64,000 nt of DNA from Lama guanicoe (GCA_013239625.1 MU054212.1:1798001-1862000); one strand, 5' to 3'; shown: positions 26,836 to 40,949, numbered from the stretch's first letter. Program-made: numbers and translations. Notes: generated from the sequence alone by a model not told the origin.

Positions 26836-27669
26836 CTTCTGCATCTGCCATGATCTTCACGATCTTCAAGGTCTTCCCCTGTCTCTCTTAGACCATCCCT
26901 AAGCCCCTTACTGGTTTTCAAAGCTCTGGCAAGCTACTTTTCACTACAAATTCCAGTTTCTCAGAGATTTCAGGCATCCTGTAAATGTAATGATATACTC
27001 TCTGTTGCTGCAATAATAATAGTATTTTATACGCACAGTAGCCTTTTATCCATGAGTGCTTTAACAATGACAAACGCTACAAGAGCCCAGAGCAAAGCCC
27101 CTCGCCTCTCCCTCCAGCAGCACTGCCCTTGGATGGGAGACATCCCAGATCGCTCAGTCTTCATGGCAACACCTCATTACCATTTCAGGCAGGAAGTAAG
27201 GAAATCTGTCCAGTCAAAACTGCAGAAAGGAATTAGGTAATGTAACACTTCTTCTTTCTCTTCTCCAGAAACTGAGAAATGCACTGACTCTCAGAATGAT
27301 CGAACCCCAGACAATCCCCCTGAATTGTTGCTTTTTGCCTGGGGATTACATATTTCCTGGAACAGTGCATTTTCTTCTTTCCTTGTCTTATTTCCATCAG
27401 TACTGTATTTATTTAGAGACCAGATAAAAATATCCGTATGGCTAGGCTATCAGTCCTTCACATGGAGAGTGTAACTATTCTATATTTGTTTTTCTGTGAT
27501 GTAAATATATCCCTAAGAGACATATACTTCCTCCATGAAGAGCAGCATGTCCAGTAACCCAAAAAATAAAAGGATGAGAAGAAAGAGAGAAAAAAGAAAG
27601 AGATAGATGAGGAAGAAGATGGGGAGGAGGAGGAGGAAGCTAGTTTCTCAAGAAAAGGGAAAAGCACAA

Positions 27670-27825
27670 GCTGGGGATAGATCAGGTTTCAAATTCTGCC
27701 TTTGTGAAACTTTGATCAGCCTATGCTGTGCTTCAGTTTCCTTTTTGGTACATGAAGATAAGAATACACATTTCATATGGTAGTTGTGAGGATTAAATAA
27801 GACTGGCACAGAGTAGGTACTCTTA
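27670..27825 (+). mobile_element. MIR SINE fragment
   Basis: CTGTGCTTCAGTTTCC...GTTGTGAGGATTAAATAAG...TGGCACAGAGTAGGTACTC. Confidence 0.7.
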
Positions 27826-28929
27826 TTTCCTGCAGATGCTGCAAACTGAGATGCTTTGTGCTAATGGAGAAGTCCCCAGACAGTAGGCACTTTGTATTCA
27901 CTGTCTTTTTGAGATGTTTGAAATCCACCATTGAACTTGAGCTCTTGTATTTAATTACTGATTTGCTTGCTCCCCTACTCCTGGCTGTCTGCTATTCAGT
28001 GCCAGGCATTGTGCTGGGCACCAGGATCCCCTAGTGGGAAGGCATCTCCTGCCCCGGGAGCTTCAGGGTAGAAAGGAAGTGAGCAACAGGAAGTTCATAC
28101 AGCACGTTAACAAGAGTGAAGCGTGGGGCGTCACAGCACATGCAGAAGGGATACCTAGCCCAGTCTTGGGTATGTGGGAGGAGGCATCTGACTTTCCCTT
28201 GCCTCTCTTTTCATACCCTTAAATCTGCCCCCATTTCCAGGTTTAAGAAAATATTATTTATAAAAGGCAGAAGGTCTACAAGAGCTTAGCAGTAGTTCAG
28301 ATTTTAGCTAAAAAAAATGGATTGCAGAAAAAATAAATGACCAATCCCAGTAATCAATCCATCTTCCCCACAATAAGCTGATCTTGATGAAACTCTCAGG
28401 AAGCTCTAGAAGGATCAAAGTCCTAATTAAACTAACCATTATTCACCTGTGAGAGTCATTCATTTAGGGTGGGCCTGCTGGGGGACATCCATCTTTTGAG
28501 AGAAAGGTAAGCGTCTGTGTGATGGGCGTGACCTGAGGCCCCAGGGGAAATGATGGTGGCATGCTGCCCTTCCCAACCAGATGTAGCTGCTCTGCCCTCT
28601 CCTTTCTCTCTATTTCTCTTCCTGTTCCCTTACTTGTCCCTCTTTTTCCTTTTCCTCTCCCCCTCGTCTCTGCTGAGAGCCTGCAAATGGGACCAAGGGG
28701 CAAGGACCATTCTGTTAGCACTCACGTCTAAAGAGGTTGTTGATTTCTGTCTTAAAATATAATCACAGCTTTTCTCAGTGAAGATGACACCAAGAAAATG
28801 TTGGTGGGATGTCAGGAAGGAGCACAATGAACGCAGTGCAAACTGGGAGTATTCCTTTAATGGAAAGAAAAAGCCCAGGGCCTGAGAGCTGGTCCTACTG
28901 ACCATAAGAGCAAGCACATTAACATTCAA

Positions 28930-29075
28930 CATTCATTCAACAAACAGCTCATTGAGCATTTGCTAGCTAACTCTTTTCTGAGCCCTTGGGATGCAGATAA
29001 ATTAAACACAGCCCTCAATCTGGTGAGGAGAGAGAGAGAGACATAAAAATAAATAATTACAAAGCAGTGCATTGA
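28930..29075 (-). mobile_element. L2 3' end fragment
   Basis: CATTCATTCAACAAACAGCTCATTGAGCA...GGGATGCAGATAAAT. Confidence 0.6.
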
Positions 29076-32000
29076 TAACTAAATCTGACCTGGCTGACTC
29101 CGTGCAGGGAAAGGGGGAGTGGACGGAGTATTCCAGAGCCTTCTCTTCGAAGTCATTCCCATGGATTTCTTGTGTGGCCGTGGACAAGTCACAGAATTGT
29201 GCTCCTGTAAAGTGTGGGCAATAGTGACTAATCACAGCTGGTTTTGGGACTCACCATGATCATGAATATGCAAATACATTGTTAGGGGAAAAGCGCTACA
29301 TAAATCCCAGGTTCTACTGCTGCTGTGATGTTGACTTGCAAAAACTAATTTATCCATAAAATTCAGGTGTATACTTGGATTGTCTGTAGCGGACAGGTTT
29401 TCTCCCTCTTTTTCATATCTACCTGCATCTCTTGCCCATCTCATCAGCTGAGAGAGCCACCCCATCTCCTGAGTGCCCCAGGCTCTGCTAAGCCCTGGGA
29501 CAGAGTAGGGAATGAGATAGACGCATTTTTTTTTTTAATAAAAGAGAAGTCTCTTCCCCAGCTATGAATGTAGACCACCCCATTTCTGTAGGTTGTATTT
29601 TCTTTGGGGTTTTGTGTTTTTCTTTGAAGAAAGTATGTGTGGGGCTGCAGTGCAGAGGAAGTGATGACAGGAAGTACCTACAGGCCCGGGAGGCACGGTC
29701 CTCTGGGTAAGAAATGAAAGGGGATTTTGCTGAGCCGCTTGCTTGGGAAGTGGATTCCTGACCGAAGCTTGTGTCTTATCTTTGGGGACGAGGCCAGGGC
29801 CAATCGCACCCCTGCAAGTCGTGGTGGAATTTCCCCTGAAAGAAATGGACATTCCTCTGGGAATCATTCTGGGAAGAGACACAAGTATCCTGGGACAGGA
29901 AATGAAGACTCAGGATGTGGGGTTCCGTGTGGGACAAGGAGAAAAACATCCTCCTTGTTCTGCAGCCTGAGGACCATGGGAGGGAGAGGCCTGGGGAGGC
30001 AAGGCCCACTCAAGGGTGGGGGCCCGTGAGTGCAGGGTGGGGAGGGCCAGGAATGGACCCGGAAGATGGGTCACTGCTTACAGGGTGGCTCCAAGTCCCT
30101 GCAGTGCACTCCTCGCTCCCGGATCTGTAGGAAAATCTCATTACGTGGCACTAGCCTGTGGGGAATGATGGGAAAGGGCTGCTGGGGGAAGTTAAGGAGG
30201 AGGGTGTGTCCACCATCAGAGCTCGGCTGGCTGAGGGGAGGGCAGTGCTGGTCACCTGTGGAGGATGACTGTCCTGCTGAGAGTCAGTTCCCCGAGCCTG
30301 AACGATGACAGGCCTGAGGAGGAGAAGAAAGACACATAGTACCACTCCGCGCATGTCTGCGCTGCGCCCGAAATAGGACACTGACCAGGGGAAAGCAAGC
30401 AGAAGGCTGCACCATCGTAACTGAAATAAACTACACAGATACTCTGTCTAACAGGTGATGGTAAAAATGGTCAGCAAAGCAACCTGATATACGCCCCCCC
30501 TTCAAAAAAAGGGGGAAGGTGTCCTTTTGCTCTTTATCAAAGGATGTTTCAAGGAGGAACAGGACCTAGGAGATGCTACCAGGCAACGGAAGGGGTGGCC
30601 TGGTGCTCAGGGGAAGCAGGAAGGACTTGGGACTAAAGGCAGGAGCAGGGGCCAGTCTGGAAGCCGCCCACGGGCCGTGCAGAGGGGAGGCGGCGGCAGC
30701 CCAAACAGCCAACTGGGGAGAGGGGGGTGAATGTGCCACACGGGGTCAGCCGTTTACACTGAGGCGACGCCTTCCCCAGGCTCTCGCTCCCTGAGGCCAT
30801 CTGCCTCGGGACAGCGCAGTGCAAACAGGACTGGGTTTCCAGGGAACATGATCTACACGGAAAGCCAATCGGGAAAATTCAGTCTCTTCAGAAACTCCAC
30901 TTACTCCTCGTTAAGAGAAGTCTGGGTTTGAATTATGTAGATAACTGCCTCAACTCCCCACTTCATTTTGCTGGTAGATACTTGCCCTCAGAGGGGTATT
31001 TTGAGGATAAATGAGATACAGGCAGAAGGCTTTGAACTGCTTCCATGAAAGGTAGCATATCAATACAGGCCTCATATCATTAAGATGCTTTAAATTGCCA
31101 ATACATGTATATTTATAACACCCCATATAATCACTGGGTATCTTTTCTTTCCTGTTTTATTTTTTACAAGAAGAAGGCAGGAAAACCTAATTTTTTTAAA
31201 CCACACCGCTTTTCTGTGCTTAACGTTAACCTTTCCTTCCAAATGTCATTAGCTGCTAATTAAGATGTTGATTTGCAGATTGTATATCTTGTGATTTGTG
31301 AATGCTTACTGGGTGTTTATCAACCTCCACCACTCATATTGGTTTAGCAAGAGCCTGGTGCATTCTAATTTACTGAGAAGTTTCCCCATTCTCCACTTAT
31401 TTCTGCCTGGGCATAGTAATAATAAAATGATACGAGAGGAAAAATGGGAAATACTATAAATAGTGGCTAAAGAAAAATGCCACAGGAAAGAGTTACGGCT
31501 CGAAGTAGGTACTAAGAGTGACCAGAAGAGACTGAATTTATTTTCTCTTTTTAATGGGGTATTTTAAGAACTAAAATTTGCACGTGGGTTAGGTGAGCAG
31601 GTGTCTACATGTACCCGTGTGGATGTGCACACAGTCACAGGGAGCCTGCCAGAGGAAAACGGTGAGGGACTGTGACTTTTCTGAAACGCACATGCTCTTA
31701 TTTTCCAAGGCCAGCCCACTCCTTTGCCGTGTTCGTGTGCTTTAAGGTTTCCCAGAGAAACTTCTTGCTTTTAAAACCACCCTTAAATCAAAGAAAGAAA
31801 AGGCTTATTCAGTTATTGCGAAGGATTCTGCAACATAGGGGACATTTCCACAGGACATTTTAATATAATTTATGAATATTTGCTAGCAACATAATTGTCT
31901 TTTCTGCTGACATTTTCAAAGCAACACTGTGATTTGTTGGGTCTCTGGAGAGTCCAACTACAAAACTGATAATTATATTAAGTATACATAGACAATAAAG

Positions 32001-32576
32001 AGTGTGTTTACATAACTGTGCCCATAAATATCTGATTGAACAGTCATTGTTCTCAAACCCCTTTTAAGCAGCTCTCTAAGGCTTTCAGTTCTAATGACAT
32101 GATGGTTTAAAAGATGTTGCTCAGTCTTGTTCCATATTTAATTAACTTTCCATTTTTAAACTTGTGATGGCAGAGACAATAACAAACAGCTCTGAAAAGA
32201 GGGAGCGCTTTGAAACATGAGTGAGACCTTGTCAGGCTTTGTGTGGCATGGACAGGAGATGGGGGGCAAGTGGGGTTGGCCTGGGACCCCCGGCCCCTCA
32301 CTGGGACCCCATTAGGAGGCCGTGCTGACCTCTCCAGCCCCACACACCTCCCTACACTCGCATCCGTGGAGCCGTGCCTCATGCACATGCCCTCGCATTA
32401 AGCAGTGGCACCCCTGAGGACTTCTTCCTCTGGAAAAGAAGACGAAAACACATTGAAAAACCAACAAGCCTTGGGAGGCAGGGCAGGGGAATGGGGTGGA
32501 AACCCCCAGGGGCTGGCAGGTCTAGATGCTTAGATCCTGGCCTTGGCTCTGCCATTTCTATTTGACCTTGGGAAAG

Positions 32577-33060
32577 TGTATTTGTTTCCTGTTGCCACTG
32601 TAACAGATTACAAACTTGGTGGCTTAAACACTGCAGATTAATTTTCTTGCATTTCTGAAGGTCAGAAGTCAGAAGTGGGTCTCGGGGCTAAATTCAAGGT
32701 GTTGGCAGGGCTGGTTCCTTCTGGAGGCTCTAGTGGAGATTCTGTTTCCTTGATCTTTCCAGCTTCTAGTTGCCACCCACACTACTTGGCTTGTGGCCCC
32801 TTCCTCCATCCCCAAGGCCAGCAATAGCCAGTTGAGTCTTTTTTGTGCCACATCACACAAACACTGATTCTCCTGCCTCCATCTCGTATGGACCTGGGAT
32901 TCCACTGGACCCACCCAGACAACTCATGCCCATCTCCCCAGCTCAAGACCTTTAACTTAACCACATCCACAAAGTCCCTTTTGCCATGTAAGTTAACATA
33001 TTTACACTCCCAGAAATCTGGATGTAGACATCTTTGGGGGCCATTGTTCTGCCTACCACA
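32577..33060 (-). mobile_element. Full-length MaLR solo LTR (MLT1C/D-like) inserted into a MIR
   Basis: TGTATT...CTTGGTGGCTTAAAC...GGCAGGGCTGGTTCCTTCTGGAGGCTCTAG...GCCATTGTTCTGCCTACCACA. Perfect 5-bp TSD GAAAG (32572-32576 and 33061-33065) within the MIR core TGACCTTGGGAAAGTCA. Confidence 0.92.
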
Positions 33061-33129
33061 GAAAGTCAACTGACACTAACTGTGAATGAGGTAGCCAGTC
33101 TGAACTAGATTCGATCATCCAACAAGTTA

Positions 33130-34030
33130 AGGTCCAGGTGACACAATAGGAAACACATTAGACTCAGTCCCTGTCCTCTATGGAACCTTCAGAATTGAGG
33201 GAGAGAGAAGCATTAACCAGAAAAAGTAAGCATAGTTATTCAGGAGTGTTAAGGGCCACAAAAGGAAGTATGGATTATAAGGAGAGTGTTTTACAAAGTG
33301 ATCTAGGGGTGAGAGTAGTCAGAGAAGTCTTCCCTGAGGAGGTGACAGGAGCGCAGAGATGAGCGAATGACTTGCAGTTATCCGGCAGAGCGCGTGGGAG
33401 GTGGGACTGGCTGAGGGGACTGATGAGGGCTTGCAGTCAGCGGGAAGAGCCGCGGCTTGGGGCAGGGGGCAGGAGAAAAGTTTGTTGGAGGAGAAGCCCT
33501 TGGGGCTGAGAGCACAGGGTACAAGGACAGTGGTTTGCGTGGGCTGAGAGAGGCAGTGGGAAGAGAAGTAAACACTTAGCAAGACATCAGCCGCCCCAAA
33601 AGATTTGTATGTAACTCATTTCCATCAGCTAGATACTACTATGACCTTCATCTTGCAGATGATGAAACTGAGGGTCAGAGAAGCTGAATGACCGCCCCTC
33701 CCCAAGGTCACCCATCTGGTAGAGTCAAGGCTTGCCCTGGGTCTGCTCTCCTCACTACGCAACACTGCATCTCAGGCAGGATTGTAGGTTCTTGATGTTT
33801 AACCCTATGCTGAGAACAACTGGGAGCCACAGAGGAATTTAGAAAGATTACTCTAGGTAATAGATTGGAGGCCTCAGGCCAGGAACAGGTGAAACAATAT
33901 TGGCTCAGTCTGAAGTGAGACTAGTATGGGTGATGAGAAATGGAAAGATTCAGTAAGTATTGAGTAAGTAAAATTGATGTCTTGCTGGTCGATGTAGGAT
34001 GGAAGACGGGAGGGTGCTTTAGGGCTTCTA
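33130..34030 (-). mobile_element. Degraded L2 with a nested MIR fragment (~33620-33770)
   Basis: AGTCCCTGTCCTC...GTCAGAGAAGTCTTCCCTGAGGAGGTGACA (L2); CAGATGATGAAACTGAGGGTCAGAGAAG...CCCAAGGTCAC (MIR). Confidence 0.65.
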
Positions 34031-35289
34031 AAAGGATCCATGGGTTCTATCCTAAAGTAAGGGGCTCACGTGAGGCTGTGGACCAAAAACCAAACACACA
34101 CTGAAGCCCTAAAACCACGAAGGCCCTTCATACATTAATAAGAAAATCAGCTATGAATGAACAGGTTTGAAGGTTTCAGGGTCTCAGTAAGATTTCAGTA
34201 GACTTTCTCCGTGGCAATCGTCTCCTTGCAAGAGACGGGTCCTGCTTACCATCACTGCTCTGATTCTGTGTTTGTGCTGAAGTCTTCCTAATTGTCATCA
34301 ATTATGATTCATTTACTTTAAGGTGTCTTGCCTGTCATAATATTATCATTTGTAAGTCTTTCCCTTTGCAGGCTGTGAGAATCTGTTGTGACATCTCAAT
34401 AAAGCAGGATTCAATCAAGGTGTGAATGAATTGTTAATCCTGTTATAAATAGAAGGTACCATATGTCAGTATGTAAGGGATGTCTCCCTCTTTGTTGAAA
34501 ACAATGTTAGTGAATCAAAACAAAAGAAGTTTCAGAAATAGCTGGTTCAGCTCACCAAGCTTCTCATTAAATTTTAGCCCACCATTCTCTGAAGCTGATT
34601 CAGATTTCTGAAACTTGTCTTCACACATATTTATTTAGAATCATCATTTAAAAGAAAAATGCCCATGTCAACTTTGGCCGTCAGAGCCCCAGGTACACCT
34701 TTTCTTCCTGATCATGACTGTGGAGATAGCCTTACAACTCTGTCTGCGTCCTCAAAGGGCACATCCTGTTAGTCATCTGATCAAAACATCTTTTTCCTTC
34801 TTCTTTGCATTTTCTACACGATTTGAAGATCTTTAAAACTATGGCTAAACTGGCTGAGCTCCAGTCCGAACTAGTTTGTGAAGAATATACCCTGAATCTC
34901 TTTCTCCATACGCACCTTTCTGGGGTGAGGGCTCCAGCCCATCCTGTCCTGAATGGGACACTAGGCGCCTGCGGCAGGGTGTGTTCTGAGAAGGGAGCCA
35001 GCGTGCGCTCGGGGGTCTAGCCAACGTGAGAACCAATAAAGCTTAAATAAGCCTCCCATAATCTGGGGCTGTTTCCCTTCTGCTCTTCCAGAGCCCTCCC
35101 GGCCACCTTCCTCTCCCCGCCACCTTCCCCTCTCCAACTCCTAAGCCAATCAAAGTGTGCCTCTACCTTCTTCCATTTCTTCAGGGTCTTGGTAAGTGAT
35201 TAGCTTGTTAGTTCAAATTAAGTTAATGGTTAATCATAGTTCTCCTCCAGTGCCCCATGGCATCGCCGCCGAGACTCAGTGCAGAAGAG

Positions 35290-35480
35290 TGAAAAGGGCT
35301 TGAAATTTTGAACCAGCCAGGGTTCAAGTCCTGGCTGTTCTATTCACTTGCTGAGTGTCTGGACCAAGTTGATGTTTTTTGGAATTATAGCCTCACCTGT
35401 AAAATAGTGATTCCTGCATCATGAGGTTACTGTGAGGACAAAGAAAAGAATGTATGTTCAGCATCAAGTACAGAAACTGG
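35290..35480 (+). mobile_element. MIR SINE
   Basis: GGGTTCAAGTCCTGGCT...CTCACCTGTAAAATAG...GTTACTGTGAGGA. Confidence 0.7.
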
Positions 35481-38119
35481 CCTCTTGATTGACACATGGG
35501 TAGAGGGCAGATGCAGCCCCCTGGAGACCCACCCCAGTCACAGTCACCACTGACAATCTAGAGGCCCTGACTTTCATCCACCCCCCTTTTTTCTCCTTTC
35601 TTCCCCAGTGATTCATTGAGCTCTTGCTGGGTTCAAAACACTTTTTCCTTATTTTCCACTGTTACCAACACAGGGTACAGAGGGCAGTGGTGGTGGCACA
35701 AAATACTAGAAAAGCAGGTGGGAAGCAAACGCCAAGCCCAGGAAAGAGCCGTTCAGAACAATGGCCCTCCAGCCCCGTCCCTCCAAAATGTGTTGTAAAC
35801 TTGTTCCGCAATAGTCATCAGAGACACGGAGGAAGTGTTGATAAGCTCCATGATTCATTCAAGGACCAAGGTTAATTTTTATTTATTCCCAGGTCATCAC
35901 AAACAGAGGCAGATGGTGGTGGCACTTCCTTCTTGCCGGGAGCTCTGATATTATCTGGATAGATTTCAGCAGGCTTTGTGTCCGTGCCCTCAGCGCGGGC
36001 AGCTTTCCTGGATAGGGCCCCAGCCACCCAAACTGCAGACGGATTTGATTTAACTCTGATGACTTGTGGTGAGTAATTGAGGTCACTTGGGCCCGGCTGG
36101 AGGGGAGCCAGCATCGCCAAGGAGAAAGGTTGACATCGTTTATCCTTTAGCGGCTCTTCCTTTGGAGGATTTATTTTTGGTGACCCAATTAGGCGGGAGC
36201 TTTCTAAACTGGCGATCAGTTTGTTGCAAAGTCCTTTTCTCTCAGTTTGACTAGTGTAGGGTGACTTTGGGATGGTTTAAAACAATGGCCTGTGAAATTT
36301 ACACAGTGCAGTAGGGATCATCATCCGGGGCCAAACTCATGGTTTATCCAATCAGTTTGCTGCTACTCGCAGTAGAATACATGATCTCTCCTTTCAGAGT
36401 TTATTTTCTAGGTGAAGAGGGCAGTCACATTATACTCCTAAAAAGAAACCATCAGACAGTGTGGCTAGTGCATTTGTGGATGGTTTGTCGATGCCAGTCA
36501 AGTACCCATCCTGCTCTTGTAGGTTCTTAGAAAACTGACAACAGCCCAGGGAAGCAGGTGATGAGGAGAATGGCGTCAGCTTGGCTTCCAGCTGGGCAAA
36601 CCCGCGGGCCCCTGCAGCAGAGCTTCCGCTTAGCCTGAAGCCAGAGCACGGCTTTGAGCTTGCTTCCCATGGGAGACTTGGATTGGAGACTGGGGAGCTG
36701 GCTCTGCACATCAGGCATGTCAGCAGCAAGCTGCGGAGAGCATGGAGCCTACTCGAGGCTTAGGAACAGACAGAGCAAGAGCGCCAAAGGGAGGCCAGAC
36801 CCAAGCCCCTAAATGTGTCTCACTCCCAGGGTAACGTGGTCTAGTGGTTGCCAACTTCTTCCCGTCTTACCAAAAATGTCACCCCTCTTTTGCAGAGAGC
36901 AATAAATGACAAGGTGAAGCGAAAAGTCAACTGTCATCATGCCCATATTGCCCCTTCCTGGGAGTGGAGTTGAAGTTTCCTTATTATGGAACCAGGAAAC
37001 CAAGAATAAGTATTTTCCCCTTGGCTGTAATTTAATTTCAGAATATAAAACTAGAGATCAGAAGGTAGTAATTTGAAAAACCAGATTTGGAAGGATCAAG
37101 ACCTAGAACCTGGACATATTCCCTGGGTGGGGCAGGCTCTGCTGGCCCAGAATTAAATGTGATACTGGGTGGGAGCCTGGCCAGGTGGGGATGCATGGTG
37201 CCTGGACCCTTTGGTAGGAGTTCAGATAAGCTGGCAGAATCAGGGAGGTCCAGCTGGGGCAACAGGAGTTGTCTAGGGAGCAGGGTTAATCGGAGGGACA
37301 AACTATCGGCCAGCAATCAGTACTCAGAGAATCAGGTAGACCAGGAGGCTGGCAAAATGGCGAGCTCAAAATGGTGCTCAGCACAGGTCCTGGCACCCTC
37401 CAAGGGCTCAATAAATGTTAGCTTTTATTATGATTTGATGGAACAGATTCAATTAGCTGGAGTACCTAGTGAAGGCTTTCTAGTCAAAATCTAATCTGAA
37501 TGGTGGACTGACTCTTCACCCTTATTGAATCCAAAGGGGGGACAAATCTGGGTGAATCTGGAGGATTGTTTGCTCCCCATCAAAGAGGACAATCCTCTTT
37601 AACACTTTACAAACTCGCAAGCTTTGAATATTCCATCTAAATTGCATGTTGGGTTCTTCTTTCAGAAGCTGACTTTCTGCCACTATTATATTCTGTATCC
37701 TCATGAAATCCATCAAGAATTCTCTCTCTGGCTCTTAGTGGCATCACCTTAGCCATCATCTCCATAGCCAGAAACCAAACCTGACTTAATCTGGCCTAAA
37801 TTTATCTGAAAGGATAAATACTTTAAAGGCAGAAGATATAGTTCAGAATGTCCCTGCCCTGACCTGAGGGGTGAGGAACAGACAAACCTTAGTAAATGTT
37901 TCCAAGGCAGATGGTGACTGTTCCCATCAGGTTGGCATCACCAATCTTCCTTCTTTCTTCTGCCTCTTTGGTATGTTGTGAGAATTAAGTTACATGCATA
38001 AATGCCTCGTGCAACGCTCAGTGTGTGTTAATAAATGATCGATGAGTTTCATCCTGGATCCCATTTCCACTATTACACGTGAAAAAAAACTCTTCTGCCA
38101 CCAGCACATCTAATGAGTA

Positions 38120-38260
38120 GCTGATGTTAATAGGAATAACTATTGGAGACTGCATGATAGAATTGTTATGAAGATTAAACGATCTGCATATGTAAAGGGC
38201 TTAGAAAAATGCCTGGCAAGCACTAAGTATATAGAAGCGTTCGGTGCTAATATTATTCCT
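38120..38260 (+). mobile_element. MIR 3' half
   Basis: GAATTGTTATGAAGATTAAACGA...TGTAAAGGGCTTAGAAAAATGCCTGGCA. Confidence 0.7.
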
Positions 38261-40949
38261 AGTAGATGTGGTTGTCATTGTGTCACTGTAGTGTGTTAAG
38301 TCACCTGCAGAGCCGAGGGCTGGATTTCTGAGATGATTCAGGAAAGGACAAGGCGGTCGTATTGGTGGGAATGCATCCTGCCATCCGCAAGCTAGGAACC
38401 CACCCCTGGTTTCTCCATCACCCTCATGGCAACATACCACCTACAGCCCCATTGAATTAGACCCATGTCCACAGACATACCTTTCCCTATGTCTGTTTAC
38501 CACTTCAGTCAGTGTTCAGATGCCATCTTTACAAGACCTGGGGAGATGAAGATGAGTCTGAGAGGCGAGAATTTTATGTTGGGACATTGAGTATTTCCCC
38601 CATGGGACCCTTACGTGATTGTATGGACTAACTTTGTTAGGCTGGACTAATCTAATTGCTACTTCCTCAGCTCTCTCCAGCAAATTGAATGGGTGCTCAT
38701 GGAAACAATCAAATCAATAGTGAAACGATGCCGCTGCACTGCACGTTCCCTGCGCACCTACGTGTAACGTGTGTGACTTGACCTGGATACACATGTGTGA
38801 GCAGTCACACTTCAGCCACTTAACACTAGCCGTGCATAAGGACTTTGGCTCATATCCCCCAAGCAGTGACGTTTTACTAACTTTATGAATAAGCACAGTT
38901 GGTAGAGCTTCAGGGTTCCCAGGGATGGAGCATGTATACAACAGAACAAAGAAAGTTAGATTAAGGTCCAGAGATCGGTATGGTTTGTGCACAGCTGTGT
39001 GTTACAGTATCAGTCGGAAAACACTGCTAGCCATTGTTGCATTTTTGGATCTACTGAGTCTGCTTTACTTTCCTTCCTCTCACCATCCCTCAAGGCAAGT
39101 GCATAACTTTTCCAGGAGCCGGATCAATCACGACTGTGGGCAGTTCTGCCTGAGCATGGGGGGTGGCTTAATATTGAATCCTTTTCCTCTTATCTGTTGA
39201 TCTGGGACAAGGGTCCCAGTTTTGCTCATTGAAGCCAAGTCTTTCTGGATACAAGTTGACCCTGTTCCTCCCAGAATCCAGGCCCCTGTGTCCCCTACTC
39301 TGATTTGTATGTGATGTCTAGGACTTTGATCTGCCTGAGTTTGTGCTCTGAGAACTCCCCAGAGCTGCTGACCTGCTAGCCTACTTGTCTGTACTTCCTA
39401 GGGTCAGTCTGTGTCCCTCTGTGGGGACCCCCTGCAGCGTCTCCAAGGACCAGTGTGTGTCACTGGCCTGAACTGAGACAAGGTCCTTGGCCATGGGAGC
39501 CAGGCAGATCCACCTTTTGTCAGCCTCAGCTGGGTCCACCCTGCCCAGGGGGCAGGTCGCACATCTATTCTGTAACAGGTTTCCCAGCCCCCCACGGGCG
39601 CCAGCACCGTGACAGGTGCTGGCAATATAATCAGGACGAGACGGCTGTCGCTCCTGTTCTTGACGGGGCTTCCGTCCAGCTCACGGATCAAGGGCTGGGG
39701 TCTTGAACCCTCACCCACACTTTATCCACACACTGTTTTGATGACTCTGAAAATGTGACATGAACTGTGTTCTGTGAACAGAAACATTTGTTTTGATAAT
39801 TCCGACAAAATGACAGAAGCTCATCTGTATTGACACCCAGGCTCTTTCTCCTGGCTGGGCTTAACAATCCAGTGTACTCCTGACTGGCTTCCCACCACCA
39901 CCTCCCCAGTAAAGCCATCCCTGACCTCGTGTGTGCAGGGGGAGCACCTTTTATACATCCCAAAGGATCACTTCCCCATGTGGGCTGTCACTGTGGGCGG
40001 GGTCTCTGTCCCTGAACCTTCAGCGAGCTCACTGGATGAAAGATGACGTCTTACTCAATTCTGTACTGCTGCTGTTTTACATGGTACCTGATGGAAAAAT
40101 TGATGGTAAATAAAATTAACAATTGCTCCTTAAACTCTTGGTTGGTCCTAGGCTAAAGGAACATTTTGCTCATGGATAGGAACTAAATTTGATTGAGCAC
40201 CAACTAGATGGCAAACACTGTGTTCACTTTAATCTTCATACAGCTTAAGTGACAAGGACCATTTCCCCCATTTAAGAAATACAGCAACTGAAGCCCAGAG
40301 AACCTGTTCCATGGCCAAAGTCACACAGCAGACTGGAACCTAGGGCTGGACTTCATCATGTTGCCTCCCAGGCCTCATTACCTTATAACTGACCTTCCAC
40401 TTGGCTTCCCTCAGAGCTCTTACGGCTCTGAACCTTCTTTTTCACATGAGAAGGGTCCCCCCGAGATTTCCTACACTGGCTTCCCCAAGGGGAACGCCCA
40501 CTTAGGTATAATTAGGAAAGCAATGATCACGTGAATTATAGAGTGGGCACTGTTACCTCTACACACCTACTGCTAACGAAAGCATATGGCTGCTTAAGCC
40601 GAGTTATTCCCTTTGGCTTATTAACACTGGTTGCTTCCTGTCAGAGTTCGCCTGCTTCAGTCTCACCAGAACGTGTGAACGGCATACTCCATCCCTTACT
40701 TAGCAGGAGCTCACCCTGAGTCCACTTTTTTTTCCACAGAATGAGAGTTGTAGGGCAGTCAAAAGGTCTTATTTGGTCTTATAAATGATTATCTTTCTCA
40801 GTGGAATGCCAAAGAGGATGCTAATTAATTAATGCTTGTAGTTATTCTGTGTTTAGTGACATAACTCTAAGTTTGGTCTTTGGCTAATGCAGCAATGCCT
40901 ATCACAGAAATGCACACTTTCTCTTCCTTTTTTTCTCATTTATATGCCT

